Assembly (NCBI GenBank): GCA_028407765.1
Contig: JAOOJU010000001.1
Location: 14,838 to 78,837 of the forward strand
From: Rickettsiales bacterium
GTDB taxonomy: Bacteria > Pseudomonadota > Alphaproteobacteria > Methylaequorales > Methylaequoraceae
Reading direction: 5' to 3'
DNA length: 64,000 nucleotides
Shown: in pieces, positions 38,866 through 47,874 of the stretch
Position numbering within the stretch: the stretch's first letter is position 1
Layout of the letters: each line of letters starts with the position of its first letter
Made by a program: the position numbers and the translations under genes
Notes under the pieces: generated by a model
Told to the model about the DNA's origin: nothing
What the model saw: only the letters and a program-made list of their open reading frames with translations
Databases searched by the model: none

Positions 38866-38952
38866 GCCCCTATGGCGGAATTGGTAGACGCGACGGATTC
38901 AAAATCCGTTGAACTTCGGTTCATGTCCGTTCGAGTCGGACTAGGGGTACCA
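38866..38952 (+). tRNA. tRNA-Leu (anticodon CAA), with encoded CCA
   Basis: Cloverleaf readable by eye. Acceptor gccccta/taggggt with G1:U72. D-loop ggaattggtaga. Anticodon stem acgga/tccgt with loop ttCAAaa. Long variable arm gaacttcggttca. T-arm gtccg-ttcgagt-cggac, then CCA. Confidence 0.85.
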
Positions 38953-38967
38953 TAAATTTATGCCTGT

Positions 38968-39954
38968 TTAAATTTTATTTTTACTCTTTCTACTTTCTAG
39001 ATATGAATCATATTCTACTTTAAGTTTCCTGTAAGGAAGAATTATTTTTATATTCTTATCATCCAGAGCATAACTTCGCGCACATTTTACATCTGAATAA
39101 TTCCCTTTTAATAAAGAACCGAGAGTTGGAAAAACTAATTCAATACCTTTGTTTATTATAGAATCATCCAAGCGTAACGTTGTTCTATCAATAATAATAT
39201 TTCCACCAAGTTCAGTGTAACTGTAGTTGTGATTTGGATTTCTACATTCTAGTTTTCCATAATTTGAAAAATGACCGTTATCGCAAGCTAAATAAAGGTC
39301 ACTATCAGAATTTAAAAAAGAAATATTTATTTTTTCAGTACTAATACCATCGTTTATACCAGTAGTTTCATAATAAAAATCTGTTTCGTTCAAAGCTGGA
39401 TCAAATCCATAACTCAACCATCCTTTACTTGCCCAGTCACTTTTTTTTGTTATTACAAACTCAGACATTCGACCTAAATAATCATTTCTAAATTCTAAAT
39501 AAATTTTAACATCAAACTCAAAAGTTGCGTGTCTCTTTCTTCCACTGCAATATAACAATCTTTTTGATAGATCTTTAGAGTCTAGATTCTCATTTATATT
39601 TGTGGGTTTTTCAGTTATTTTTTTTGTAATTTTTTCATTTATTGATCTTTTAATTTCTGGATTTTTTTTATTGTTACTTTTTTTTACTTCATCTTTTTTT
39701 TTCAATTCATTTTCATTTTTAATACTAATTTTAGTGTTTTTTTTCGGTCCAATTTTTTCAAGACAAAGATTACAAACATTTTCCTCGTTCCATTCTCTAA
39801 TTGATGAATAGTTTTCTAAATAGTCAACTCTTTGATCAGTCTTACATGTATAAAACTGAGTTAACAAATCTAATTTTAAATTTTGAGGGTTACAAGAATC
39901 AGCAAAGGATTGAGAAAATATAAAAAAAATAAATACACAAAAAAAAATAAACAT
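38968..39954 (-). CDS. Secreted Cys-containing hypothetical protein with K/N-rich low-complexity linker
   Basis: Signal peptide MFIFFCVFIFFIFSQSFA. No recognisable domain. Confidence 0.4.
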   Translation of the reverse strand: MFIFFCVFIFFIFSQSFADSCNPQNLKLDLLTQFYTCKTDQRVDYLENYSSIREWNEENVCNLCLEKIGPKKNTKISIKNENELKKKDEVKKSNNKKNPEIKRSINEKITKKITEKPTNINENLDSKDLSKRLLYCSGRKRHATFEFDVKIYLEFRNDYLGRMSEFVITKKSDWASKGWLSYGFDPALNETDFYYETTGINDGISTEKINISFLNSDSDLYLACDNGHFSNYGKLECRNPNHNYSYTELGGNIIIDRTTLRLDDSIINKGIELVFPTLGSLLKGNYSDVKCARSYALDDKNIKIILPYRKLKVEYDSYLESRKSKNKI

Positions 39955-40059
39955 TATATTATTTTAGTAAAATTAAGTGAAAAAAAAAACGAAAAAAATA
40001 AAGAAAAAAAAATTTAATTGGTGATTTTTATCTAAATTCTGGAGTTCTAAGAGAAATTT

Positions 40060-42054
40060 ATGAATGACATTAATTCAGTATTACAAAGAGAAAGAAAAAA
40101 ATATAAGATTCGATCTTTTTATTTCGTAGGTTTTGTTGGATGTATTTCAATCTTTATTTATTTTTTTTTACTTCTCTCAAATGGTACGAAAATAATTATT
40201 TTACCTGAAGAGGCAAGTATAAATGCAAAGGTAAAATCTGAGAATTTTTTAGATTTAAGTTTAAACAATTCTATTTATTCATTTTATTCCACACCTCTTT
40301 TTTCCTTATCTTCAAAGGGGTATAAAAAAATCAGCGAAACTATTCCACAAGAAAATAAAGGGAAATTTCATGAGGTTTTAATGACTGAACTTCCAGGCAT
40401 ATTAAATGTCAATATTAAAAAAAAAAATGAAAATACCCAATGGTTTTTAGATCAGAAATTTATCCATGAAGGGGAAAAATTAGAAACAAGCCTACCCGCA
40501 GGACAGTATGATTTAGAAGTTAATAACCCTTTTTTTGAAAAAAAAAATACATATGTCATTATTGAAAAAGGGGAAACTCACAACCTAGATTTAGAACTCA
40601 ATAATATTAACGGTTTTATAAAAATCGATTCAGAGCCAGCTAATGCAAGTGTATTCATTAACAAAAAAAAAATTGGACTCACCCCAATAATTTTTAAAGA
40701 TCAAGGTGGTAAGTACATAATTGAAGTTAAAAAAGAGAATTACAAAAAAATTAATGAAACAATAATTATTACAAATCAGAATAAAGTAAATCAAAGAAAC
40801 TATATCTTGGGGCTAATCGAGGCAAAACTAAAAGTCACTGCAAAACCAAGAGGAGGAAACTTAAATATTAATGGTTTGGTTTATCAAACAGATAAATTTA
40901 TTAATCTTAAATCTAATAAGGAATATGTTGTTTCATATGAAAAACCTGGCTTTAAAAAAAAATCGCTTAATTTAAATTTAAAACCTAATGAAGAAAGAAC
41001 TGAAACTATTAATTTGGAAGAAGAATATGGTATTGTTGAAATTATTTCTCAACCAGAAGCAGAAATTTGGATTAATGGAAAATTATCAGGCCAAACTCCC
41101 AAACTGATCGAGTTAAGAACTATTCAGCAGACTATTGAAGTTAGAAAAAAAAACTTCAGGTCTGTGACTAACAAAATTTTACCGAAAGCAGATAAAAAAA
41201 AAGTTTTAAATATTGATCTTATTGACGAAAAGGTAGCAAAATTGCAAGAGGCAAAATCCTCATACAATAATTCTATTAATATTGAAATGAAATTATTTAA
41301 TCCAAAAGGCGATATATTGCAATTAGGTGCTAAACGTCATGAAAAAGGTCAAAGAGCCAATGAAATTTTGCGAAAAGTTAATCTAACCAAACCTTTTTAT
41401 GTCTCTTTACATGAAGTATCCAACGAAAATTTTACCAATTTTAAAAAAAAGCAATTATCTAGAAATGGAAGTTTTCCTGTAAGCAACATCTCTTGGATCG
41501 AAGCTGCAGCTTTCTGCAATTGGTTAAGTAAAAAAGAAAAACTTGAAGAATTTTATGTCATTAAAGGTGGCAAATTAATTGATTTTAAAGGAAATTCCAA
41601 CGGATATAGATTGCTAACTGAGGCTGAATGGGAGTGGTTATCAAGAAAAGCAAATAAGAAAAAAGCCAGTAAATTTAGTTGGGGTGATAGCTTTATAATT
41701 CCAGACAATTATCTTAATATTGCCGATGAAAGTGCTCAGAGCAATCAAAGGAACTTTGTAAAAGATTATGATGATGGTTATGAAAATCTTGCAGAGATTG
41801 GTAGTTTCAATAGGGAAAGATCTGGGTTATATGATTTATCTGGTAATCTTAGTGAATGGGTTCATGATTATTATACAGTTACTTTCTCCGACAAAATAGA
41901 AAAAGATCCATTAGGTAAAAAAAAGGGATCAAGTCATGTAATCAAAGGTGCAAATTGGAGTTCAGGTACATTAACAAAAATTAGACCTAGTTATAGAGAA
42001 AATGGTATAAAGGGAAATGAAACAACTGGTTTTAGAATAGCAAGATATTTATGA
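40060..42054 (+). CDS. Membrane-anchored protein with three PEGA domains and a C-terminal FGE-sulfatase (SUMF1/formylglycine-generating-enzyme-like) domain
   Basis: N-terminal TM FYFVGFVGCISIFIYFFLLL. PEGA-like units IKIDSEPANASVFINKKKIGLTP, VTAKPRGGNLNINGLVYQ and IISQPEAEIWINGKLSGQTP. FGE-domain motifs NISWIEAAAFCNWLS, GYRLLTEAEWEW, YDLSGNLSEWVHD, VIKGANW and TGFRIARY. Confidence 0.65.
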   Translation: MNDINSVLQRERKKYKIRSFYFVGFVGCISIFIYFFLLLSNGTKIIILPEEASINAKVKSENFLDLSLNNSIYSFYSTPLFSLSSKGYKKISETIPQENKGKFHEVLMTELPGILNVNIKKKNENTQWFLDQKFIHEGEKLETSLPAGQYDLEVNNPFFEKKNTYVIIEKGETHNLDLELNNINGFIKIDSEPANASVFINKKKIGLTPIIFKDQGGKYIIEVKKENYKKINETIIITNQNKVNQRNYILGLIEAKLKVTAKPRGGNLNINGLVYQTDKFINLKSNKEYVVSYEKPGFKKKSLNLNLKPNEERTETINLEEEYGIVEIISQPEAEIWINGKLSGQTPKLIELRTIQQTIEVRKKNFRSVTNKILPKADKKKVLNIDLIDEKVAKLQEAKSSYNNSINIEMKLFNPKGDILQLGAKRHEKGQRANEILRKVNLTKPFYVSLHEVSNENFTNFKKKQLSRNGSFPVSNISWIEAAAFCNWLSKKEKLEEFYVIKGGKLIDFKGNSNGYRLLTEAEWEWLSRKANKKKASKFSWGDSFIIPDNYLNIADESAQSNQRNFVKDYDDGYENLAEIGSFNRERSGLYDLSGNLSEWVHDYYTVTFSDKIEKDPLGKKKGSSHVIKGANWSSGTLTKIRPSYRENGIKGNETTGFRIARYL

Positions 42055-42178
42055 ACTTAAAAAAAAAAAAAAAAATTTTTGTCATATTAATTTTTACATG
42101 TCTTATATGTTATAATATTATTGAGGCTGGTGGCCTGACTATTTCGTTAAATACTCCAATTTCTTTTCCAGTTGATAT

Positions 42179-42937
42179 TTGATGAATAATATACTCAAGA
42201 ACTCTCTATTTTTAATTTTTACAGTCATTATTGTACATTTTATTTTTTCTGGTTTTATAAGACCTGAAGCGAATTTGATAATTGAAACAGCTAAGAACAC
42301 ACAAACATCAGTACCTAGAAATTTCTATATTATTGTAAAAGACCTTGAACAGGAAATTTGTTTCATATTGTTAATTTGGGGAGTTTTTTTAATACTTCAA
42401 AAATGTCTTAAAATTATCAATTCAAACTATCTTTTTAATATTGACCTTATTGAAAGACAAATTGAAACTAAAAAAACGGCAGAAGAAGTTATAAGCAAAT
42501 TAAATAATCAGCTTGATAAAAATCTTCAAGAAACCCCTCTTATCGAATCCATAAATCTTGCATTACTTAGATACTCTCAAACAAAAAATGTTCAAAACGT
42601 GTCAGATTCTATTAAAAGTAGTATTGAAATGCTCTCAACGAAACAAGATAGTGATAACGCAATGATCAGATATTTAATATGGGCTATACCCTCTGTTGGT
42701 TTTATTGGAACTGTTAGAGGCATTGGATTAGCATTATCAAACGCTGATAAGGCAATTGCTGGTAATATTTCATTAATGACTGAAAATTTAGGAATAGCTT
42801 TTAATTCAACTTTTGTTGCATTGATCATTAGTTTAATTTTAATGCTTTTTTTCCATCAACTACAAAAGCTACAAGATGAAAATTTGGTTGATATTCAAGA
42901 ATATTGTGAAAAATATCTTTATTCTAAATTTATATAA
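42179..42937 (+). CDS. MotA/TolQ/ExbB-family proton-channel protein
   Basis: C-terminal consensus MIRYLIWAIPSVGFIGTVRGIGLALSNA and ISLMTENLGIAFNSTFVALIISLILMLFF, plus an N-terminal TM helix. Length is 252 aa. Confidence 0.7.
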   Translation: MMNNILKNSLFLIFTVIIVHFIFSGFIRPEANLIIETAKNTQTSVPRNFYIIVKDLEQEICFILLIWGVFLILQKCLKIINSNYLFNIDLIERQIETKKTAEEVISKLNNQLDKNLQETPLIESINLALLRYSQTKNVQNVSDSIKSSIEMLSTKQDSDNAMIRYLIWAIPSVGFIGTVRGIGLALSNADKAIAGNISLMTENLGIAFNSTFVALIISLILMLFFHQLQKLQDENLVDIQEYCEKYLYSKFI

Positions 42938-42940
42938 ATT

Positions 42941-44011
42941 ATGAAAAAAAAAAAACGTAACAATGATTTTAGCTTATCATTTTTAGACATTATGGCGTGC
43001 GGTTTAGGTGGAGTAATAATAATTTTTTTATTATTAGAAAATAAACCTACTTTCAAAATTAATAAATCCAATACTAATAATGAAATATTAATAGAGCAAA
43101 TTGAAAGCCTTACTAGTTCTAATCAAGAACTAAGTATTGCTAATCAACAATTAGAGTCAGATATAGAAAATGAAAAAAATAAAATATCCGTTATTAATAA
43201 GCAAAATGTAAATTTAGAGAAAACAATTGAAAATGCTAATAAAAACATTCAAGAAGTCAATACAGAAGTCTCTCAACTGAAGGAAAAAATATCAAAAATG
43301 CCGCAGCAAATGATCGAAGATCCTATTTCAAATGATGAATTGTTTGAGGAAAATTATATTGAGGGTCTCACAATAGTAGGGAAAAAAATTTGTATATTAC
43401 TTGATTCTAGTTCATCAATGACCGATGAAAAATTATTAGAAATTATTAAAAGGAAAAATCTATCTAACGAAGAAAAAAAAAAGGGTCCAAAGTGGAAGAG
43501 AAGTTTAGATATTGTAAAGTGGATTTTAGCTAGAGCACCCAAAGACAGTGATATTGCTGTAATACGATTCAATGAAACAGCAAAATATATTGCCAAACAA
43601 TCCTTCCAAACCAAAAATAAGAATGATTTAAAAACAGTTTTTTTAGGTTTAAATAATATAACCCCTGACGGGCCCACAAATTTATTATCTGCTTTAATAC
43701 AAGCGGCAAAATTTAATCCAACCAATATTTATCTAATAACAGATGGATTACCAACTTTTGGTGGAGAAAGATTCAAAAGTTTGAATCCATTTAATAAATG
43801 TGATTCCATTATTGGTTCCTCAAATAAAATATCTGGTGATTGTAGAGTAAAATTATTTAATCAAAGTATAAGATATGTTAGCAATAATGGAGCACAAATA
43901 GATATAATTCTTCTACCCGTTGAGGGTGATCCCCAAGCCTCACCTGAGATGTGGAAATGGGCCTCTGACACAGGTGGTATATTAATCAGCCCAGCGAGAA
44001 GTTGGCCATAA
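42941..44011 (+). CDS. Single-pass membrane protein: TolR/ExbD-like TM helix with Asp, ~100-residue coiled coil, C-terminal vWA (MIDAS) domain
   Basis: N-terminus KKRNNDFSLSFLDIMACGLGGVIIIFLLL. An N/E/K/Q-rich heptad region follows. MIDAS DxSxS is KICILLDSSSSMTDEK, with downstream T and D (ITPDGPTNL..LITDGLP). Its start is 4 nt after the MotA-like stop. Confidence 0.55.
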   Translation: MKKKKRNNDFSLSFLDIMACGLGGVIIIFLLLENKPTFKINKSNTNNEILIEQIESLTSSNQELSIANQQLESDIENEKNKISVINKQNVNLEKTIENANKNIQEVNTEVSQLKEKISKMPQQMIEDPISNDELFEENYIEGLTIVGKKICILLDSSSSMTDEKLLEIIKRKNLSNEEKKKGPKWKRSLDIVKWILARAPKDSDIAVIRFNETAKYIAKQSFQTKNKNDLKTVFLGLNNITPDGPTNLLSALIQAAKFNPTNIYLITDGLPTFGGERFKSLNPFNKCDSIIGSSNKISGDCRVKLFNQSIRYVSNNGAQIDIILLPVEGDPQASPEMWKWASDTGGILISPARSWP

Positions 44012-44946
44012 TGAAGAAAAAAAGGGATTTAGAAAATACACTTTTTTCATTCTTAGATGTAATATCTTGTGGGTTTGGGGCTATTGTGATGTTGGTGTTA
44101 ATTTACAAATTTAATCCCAGTGAAAATATTGAGAATTCTGATGAAGATAATGAGAGTTACATTTTAAAAATTAATGAGTTACAAGAAATTAATGATCAAT
44201 TAAAGAAAACAAAAGAACAATTAAATAATAAGGTTTTAGAAATTAATAAAAAATTTTTAGAAGTTAAAAATTCTATACAAAATAAACAAAATTCACTTAC
44301 ATCAATTGAAGAAAAAAAAAAAAATCTAAAAGATTCAGCTGAAGCATTAAAACTAGTTGAGAATAATCTCAAATCCTTTTCACTGAAAAAGAAAAAGGAA
44401 ATTGTAAGGGATATTGAAGTTGGTGGAATTCCTGTCGATAGCGACTATGTCATTTTTATAGTTGATACATCTGGAAGTATGTTGACTATCTGGGATAAAG
44501 TTTCTAGCAAAATTGAAAATATTTTAAAGATTCATCCAAATGTCAAGGGTTTTCAAATATTGAATGATATGGGAGTTCCGCTCATTTCTGGTTATAAAAA
44601 TAAATGGATACCAGATACACCAACTTGGCGTAAAAATTCATTAAAATTGTTCAAAATGTGGGTTATTGCCTCAAACAGTAGTCCTCTAGAAGGTATTGAA
44701 TGGGCACTTATAAAATATTCAGATCCTAAAAAGTCTGTGGCAATTTATGTCATGGGGGACGATTATACAGGCGGAGATTATGACATAGCAATTAATAAAA
44801 TAACAAATTTAAATAAAAAAAAAAAATTCAAAACAAGGATTCATGCCATTGGTTTTCTTGCTCAAGATACAACAGATAGATTTTCAATTATTATGCGTGA
44901 GATAACGAAACAAAACAACGGAACCTTTATCGCTTTACCCAGATAA
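44002..44946 (+). CDS. Paralog of the preceding gene: TolR/ExbD-like TM with Asp, coiled coil, vWA (MIDAS) domain
   Basis: N-terminus KKKRDLENTLFSFLDVISCGFGAIVMLVLIY. A coiled coil follows. MIDAS is YVIFIVDTSGSM. It overlaps the previous gene by 10 nt. Confidence 0.55.
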   Translation: MAIMKKKRDLENTLFSFLDVISCGFGAIVMLVLIYKFNPSENIENSDEDNESYILKINELQEINDQLKKTKEQLNNKVLEINKKFLEVKNSIQNKQNSLTSIEEKKKNLKDSAEALKLVENNLKSFSLKKKKEIVRDIEVGGIPVDSDYVIFIVDTSGSMLTIWDKVSSKIENILKIHPNVKGFQILNDMGVPLISGYKNKWIPDTPTWRKNSLKLFKMWVIASNSSPLEGIEWALIKYSDPKKSVAIYVMGDDYTGGDYDIAINKITNLNKKKKFKTRIHAIGFLAQDTTDRFSIIMREITKQNNGTFIALPR

Positions 44947-44950
44947 TTTT

Positions 44951-46576
44951 TTATATCTTTTCTAAGCAAATAACCTTCAATTGAACAGGCTCATTTTCTG
45001 TCAAATTGACATCTAAAAAAATATCTCTGAAACCTTTTTTTTTTCCTATAAAATAGTATTTTCCTGGAGGAAGCTGAATAATTTTTTCTTCAACTTTCCC
45101 AACTTTACCAATACCTCTGATTTCTATTAGAGTTTCGTTGTCCGAAAAAATTTTTACATTAATTTTTGTTTCAGATTTTTTAATAACATCAGAGACCTCA
45201 AGATAATTTTTAAAAAGTGATGGACTAATATCCAAGTATTTTTTTGATCTTTTAAGATCACTAAGAACCTTGTTCTTAAATTTTTGATTAGTTAATCTGT
45301 GCAAGTTTTTGGAATAACTTCTTAAACTTTTTTTTAAAGATAAAATTTCTTCTGTCATTTCAATTTTTTCTCTAATAAAAGCGTCATTACTTTCTATAGT
45401 TTCAATTTTCTTGAGATTGAGTAATGAAGTTTCCCAATCATCATTACTGGAAGCAATATTAAAATTAGAAAGTAAATCTTTTTTTATTTTTTCTTCTTTA
45501 AGTTTATCTAATTTGTCTTCAAATAAATTTATCTCAGGTCTATTTGGCAAAATTATCTTTGCTTTTATTAAGAAGTTTTCTGCATCTTTAATATTTCCAT
45601 CTTTAAAAAACTTTTCTGCTTTATTAATTTTCTTTGCAAATTCTGTTTCAGCTATTGTGAGACTCAAATTTTTTATTTCATCATCTAATTTAGGGTTCTT
45701 TTCTATTTGACTGAGCTTTTGCATTAAAAGTAATTCTTTTTTTTTATTATTCTCGTTTCGGGCAGTTTCTAAATTTTCAAGGATTTGAATTTTTTCTGGA
45801 AGCACTTTTATCTTGGTTCTTAACTTTTTTGCTTCTGGGGCATTAGGTTTTAATTTGAGAGCATTTTTGATGTTTTCATATGCTTTTAAATATGATAAAT
45901 CACTGTAGAATGATTTTGCATTTGAAAAAAAATTATTAAAATCCTCTTCAAGTTTCTTGTTAGTTTTTTTAATTTCAATTTCAGTGTTATCAATTTTTTT
46001 TATAGCATCAATAAAGTTTCCTTTATTTTTGATTACAATAATCTCTTTTCTCATGTTCTCAATCTTTTCAATATTTTGTTGAAAATAATTAAAATTCCAA
46101 ATAAATAATGAATCATAAAAAAATTTTTCAAGTTCAATTTTCTTGTTTAGAAAAACTTCTTTTGCATTTTTTAAATTAATATTCTCAGTTTTATTAGAAA
46201 AACTTTCCAAGTTATCTTTAATTGTATTTCTTTTATTTGTGATAATATTACTCTCAAAATTTTGACAATTAAATTCTGTAAAATCGTTGTTGATTGTTGA
46301 TGTTATTTTCTTATTTTTAAAATCAATAAATTCAATTTTATTATTATCCTCAGTTACATAAGTAAGATTTAAATCGTCAGAAGAAGTGAATTGCTGGCAC
46401 TTTTCTTGGTTGGAAGAATTTATCATACAAATATTATTTTTGGTTTTTGTATATTTGGTTAGTTTATTCGCTCCATCTATACATTCCATTGTTAGCTCAT
46501 AATTATTTGCTTTAGAAAAAATTTTATTACTAATTAAAGAAATAAGTATAAAAAAGATTATTTTGTGGAATTTCAT
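44951..46576 (-). CDS. Secreted coiled-coil/TPR-like repeat protein with C-terminal PEGA-like beta domain
   Basis: Signal peptide MKFHKIIFFILISLISNKIFSKA and a long K/E/N-rich helical region with TPR-like units (AYENIKNALKLKPNAPEAKKL; FFKDGNIKDAENFLIKAKIILPNRPE). The C-terminus is ...IQLPPGKYYFIGKKKGFRDIFLDV. It is convergent, 4 nt from the vWA gene stop. Confidence 0.4.
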   Translation of the reverse strand: MKFHKIIFFILISLISNKIFSKANNYELTMECIDGANKLTKYTKTKNNICMINSSNQEKCQQFTSSDDLNLTYVTEDNNKIEFIDFKNKKITSTINNDFTEFNCQNFESNIITNKRNTIKDNLESFSNKTENINLKNAKEVFLNKKIELEKFFYDSLFIWNFNYFQQNIEKIENMRKEIIVIKNKGNFIDAIKKIDNTEIEIKKTNKKLEEDFNNFFSNAKSFYSDLSYLKAYENIKNALKLKPNAPEAKKLRTKIKVLPEKIQILENLETARNENNKKKELLLMQKLSQIEKNPKLDDEIKNLSLTIAETEFAKKINKAEKFFKDGNIKDAENFLIKAKIILPNRPEINLFEDKLDKLKEEKIKKDLLSNFNIASSNDDWETSLLNLKKIETIESNDAFIREKIEMTEEILSLKKSLRSYSKNLHRLTNQKFKNKVLSDLKRSKKYLDISPSLFKNYLEVSDVIKKSETKINVKIFSDNETLIEIRGIGKVGKVEEKIIQLPPGKYYFIGKKKGFRDIFLDVNLTENEPVQLKVICLEKI

Positions 46577-46606
46577 CTATTAGCGACAAAAAAATTGAAT
46601 TATCAA

Positions 46607-47830
46607 TTAGATAGTGGCTGGAATTTCGACCTCAGGAGTTTTTTCTTTTTCATATATTTTTTTTAAAAACACTCTCCATTGAGAAAATTGTTCTTTAGCT
46701 GTCCCTGTCAATTCTACAGTATCATTATTTAATTCTATTACTTTAGATGTCATTTCAACTTCTATAGATTGACCAAGTTCATTAATTGCGTCTCTATGAA
46801 CTTTAGCTTCTTCACTCTTCTTAAAACTATCTTGTAAAAGTGATGCCCCAGCCATTCCTCCACTAACAGCGCCCAATGTACCTAAAGCTTGGCTACCAGC
46901 ATCACCAGAATTTGCACCAGCTACAGCAGCAAGTACTGCTGCACCAAGCAATAAAATTCCACCAATTGCTTTACCTACTGCTTCACCCTTGGCTTTACTT
47001 TCGGCTTGTTTTTCCTGAAATGACTGTTGCTGCCATGTTAAATAACTTGTATCGATATTTTCGTCAAAATTCATATAAAAAACTTGTAATTCGTCAATAA
47101 ATAATTGATCTCGAACTCTTAAATTTGATAATCTAAGATATTTTGGATCAGAACTATCAAGCTTTGCTTTAATTATATATTTTCCATCTTCATTTTTATC
47201 AATATTTTCTGAAAAAGATTCTTCAGAGAGATTCATACCGAATCTTAAATCACTGATGTATTTTAAATCATCAAGGTTATTGGTAGAAACAAATTGAAGC
47301 TTTTCTTCGATTTTTTTCGCGATTTTCTGAAAAACTGGGTCATAAGAATCTTGGTTATATCCTCCTTTAGTGTAGAAATCTTCTGGCACTTGGTGTTCAA
47401 AATCGTCATTAATCCATAAGTTACCAGAGATGTCTGCCACTTTAATGTCTAATTCAACTTCTTCACTGTTTGATTCCATAATTTTTCCTGAGATATATAA
47501 ATCACTTGTTGCGTTCAGGTCAGGAACAACTCTGACAGCCCCAAATTTGTCTAACTTTTCAATATATAGTTTAAGTTTATATGCGAATCTAATTGATTCA
47601 GCTTTTCTTAATTCTGTCCAAACATCTTCGTTGTTGGATTTAGGAATATTTGGATCAAATACAGCTATTGCAACATCTAGTCTTGGTCTGGAATCATCAG
47701 CAAAATCTTGAACTTTTTCTTCCTCAAGAATTTGATTTGAAGTTTTTGGACCAAAGTCCATTAACGACTGTGTAGTTTTACAACTAGAAATAAAAAAAAC
47801 TATTAATATAACTAATGAAGTAAGTCTCAT
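46607..47830 (-). CDS. Lipoprotein with C-terminal glycine-zipper membrane segment
   Basis: Lipobox LVILIVFFISSC, an acidic central domain and a Gly-zipper AIGGILLLGAAVLAAVAGANSGDAGSQALGTLGAVSGGMAGASLL. Confidence 0.4.
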   Translation of the reverse strand: MRLTSLVILIVFFISSCKTTQSLMDFGPKTSNQILEEEKVQDFADDSRPRLDVAIAVFDPNIPKSNNEDVWTELRKAESIRFAYKLKLYIEKLDKFGAVRVVPDLNATSDLYISGKIMESNSEEVELDIKVADISGNLWINDDFEHQVPEDFYTKGGYNQDSYDPVFQKIAKKIEEKLQFVSTNNLDDLKYISDLRFGMNLSEESFSENIDKNEDGKYIIKAKLDSSDPKYLRLSNLRVRDQLFIDELQVFYMNFDENIDTSYLTWQQQSFQEKQAESKAKGEAVGKAIGGILLLGAAVLAAVAGANSGDAGSQALGTLGAVSGGMAGASLLQDSFKKSEEAKVHRDAINELGQSIEVEMTSKVIELNNDTVELTGTAKEQFSQWRVFLKKIYEKEKTPEVEIPATI

Positions 47831-47874
47831 AATTAAAATTTCCAGATAGATTAGATCATAAATTTAATAAAAAC

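Noticed and set aside
42592-43725. Antisense ORFs within the MotA-like and first vWA gene (42592-42828, 43354-43725)
   Set aside because: They lie opposite the coherent, translationally coupled plus-strand operon. No domain signal.
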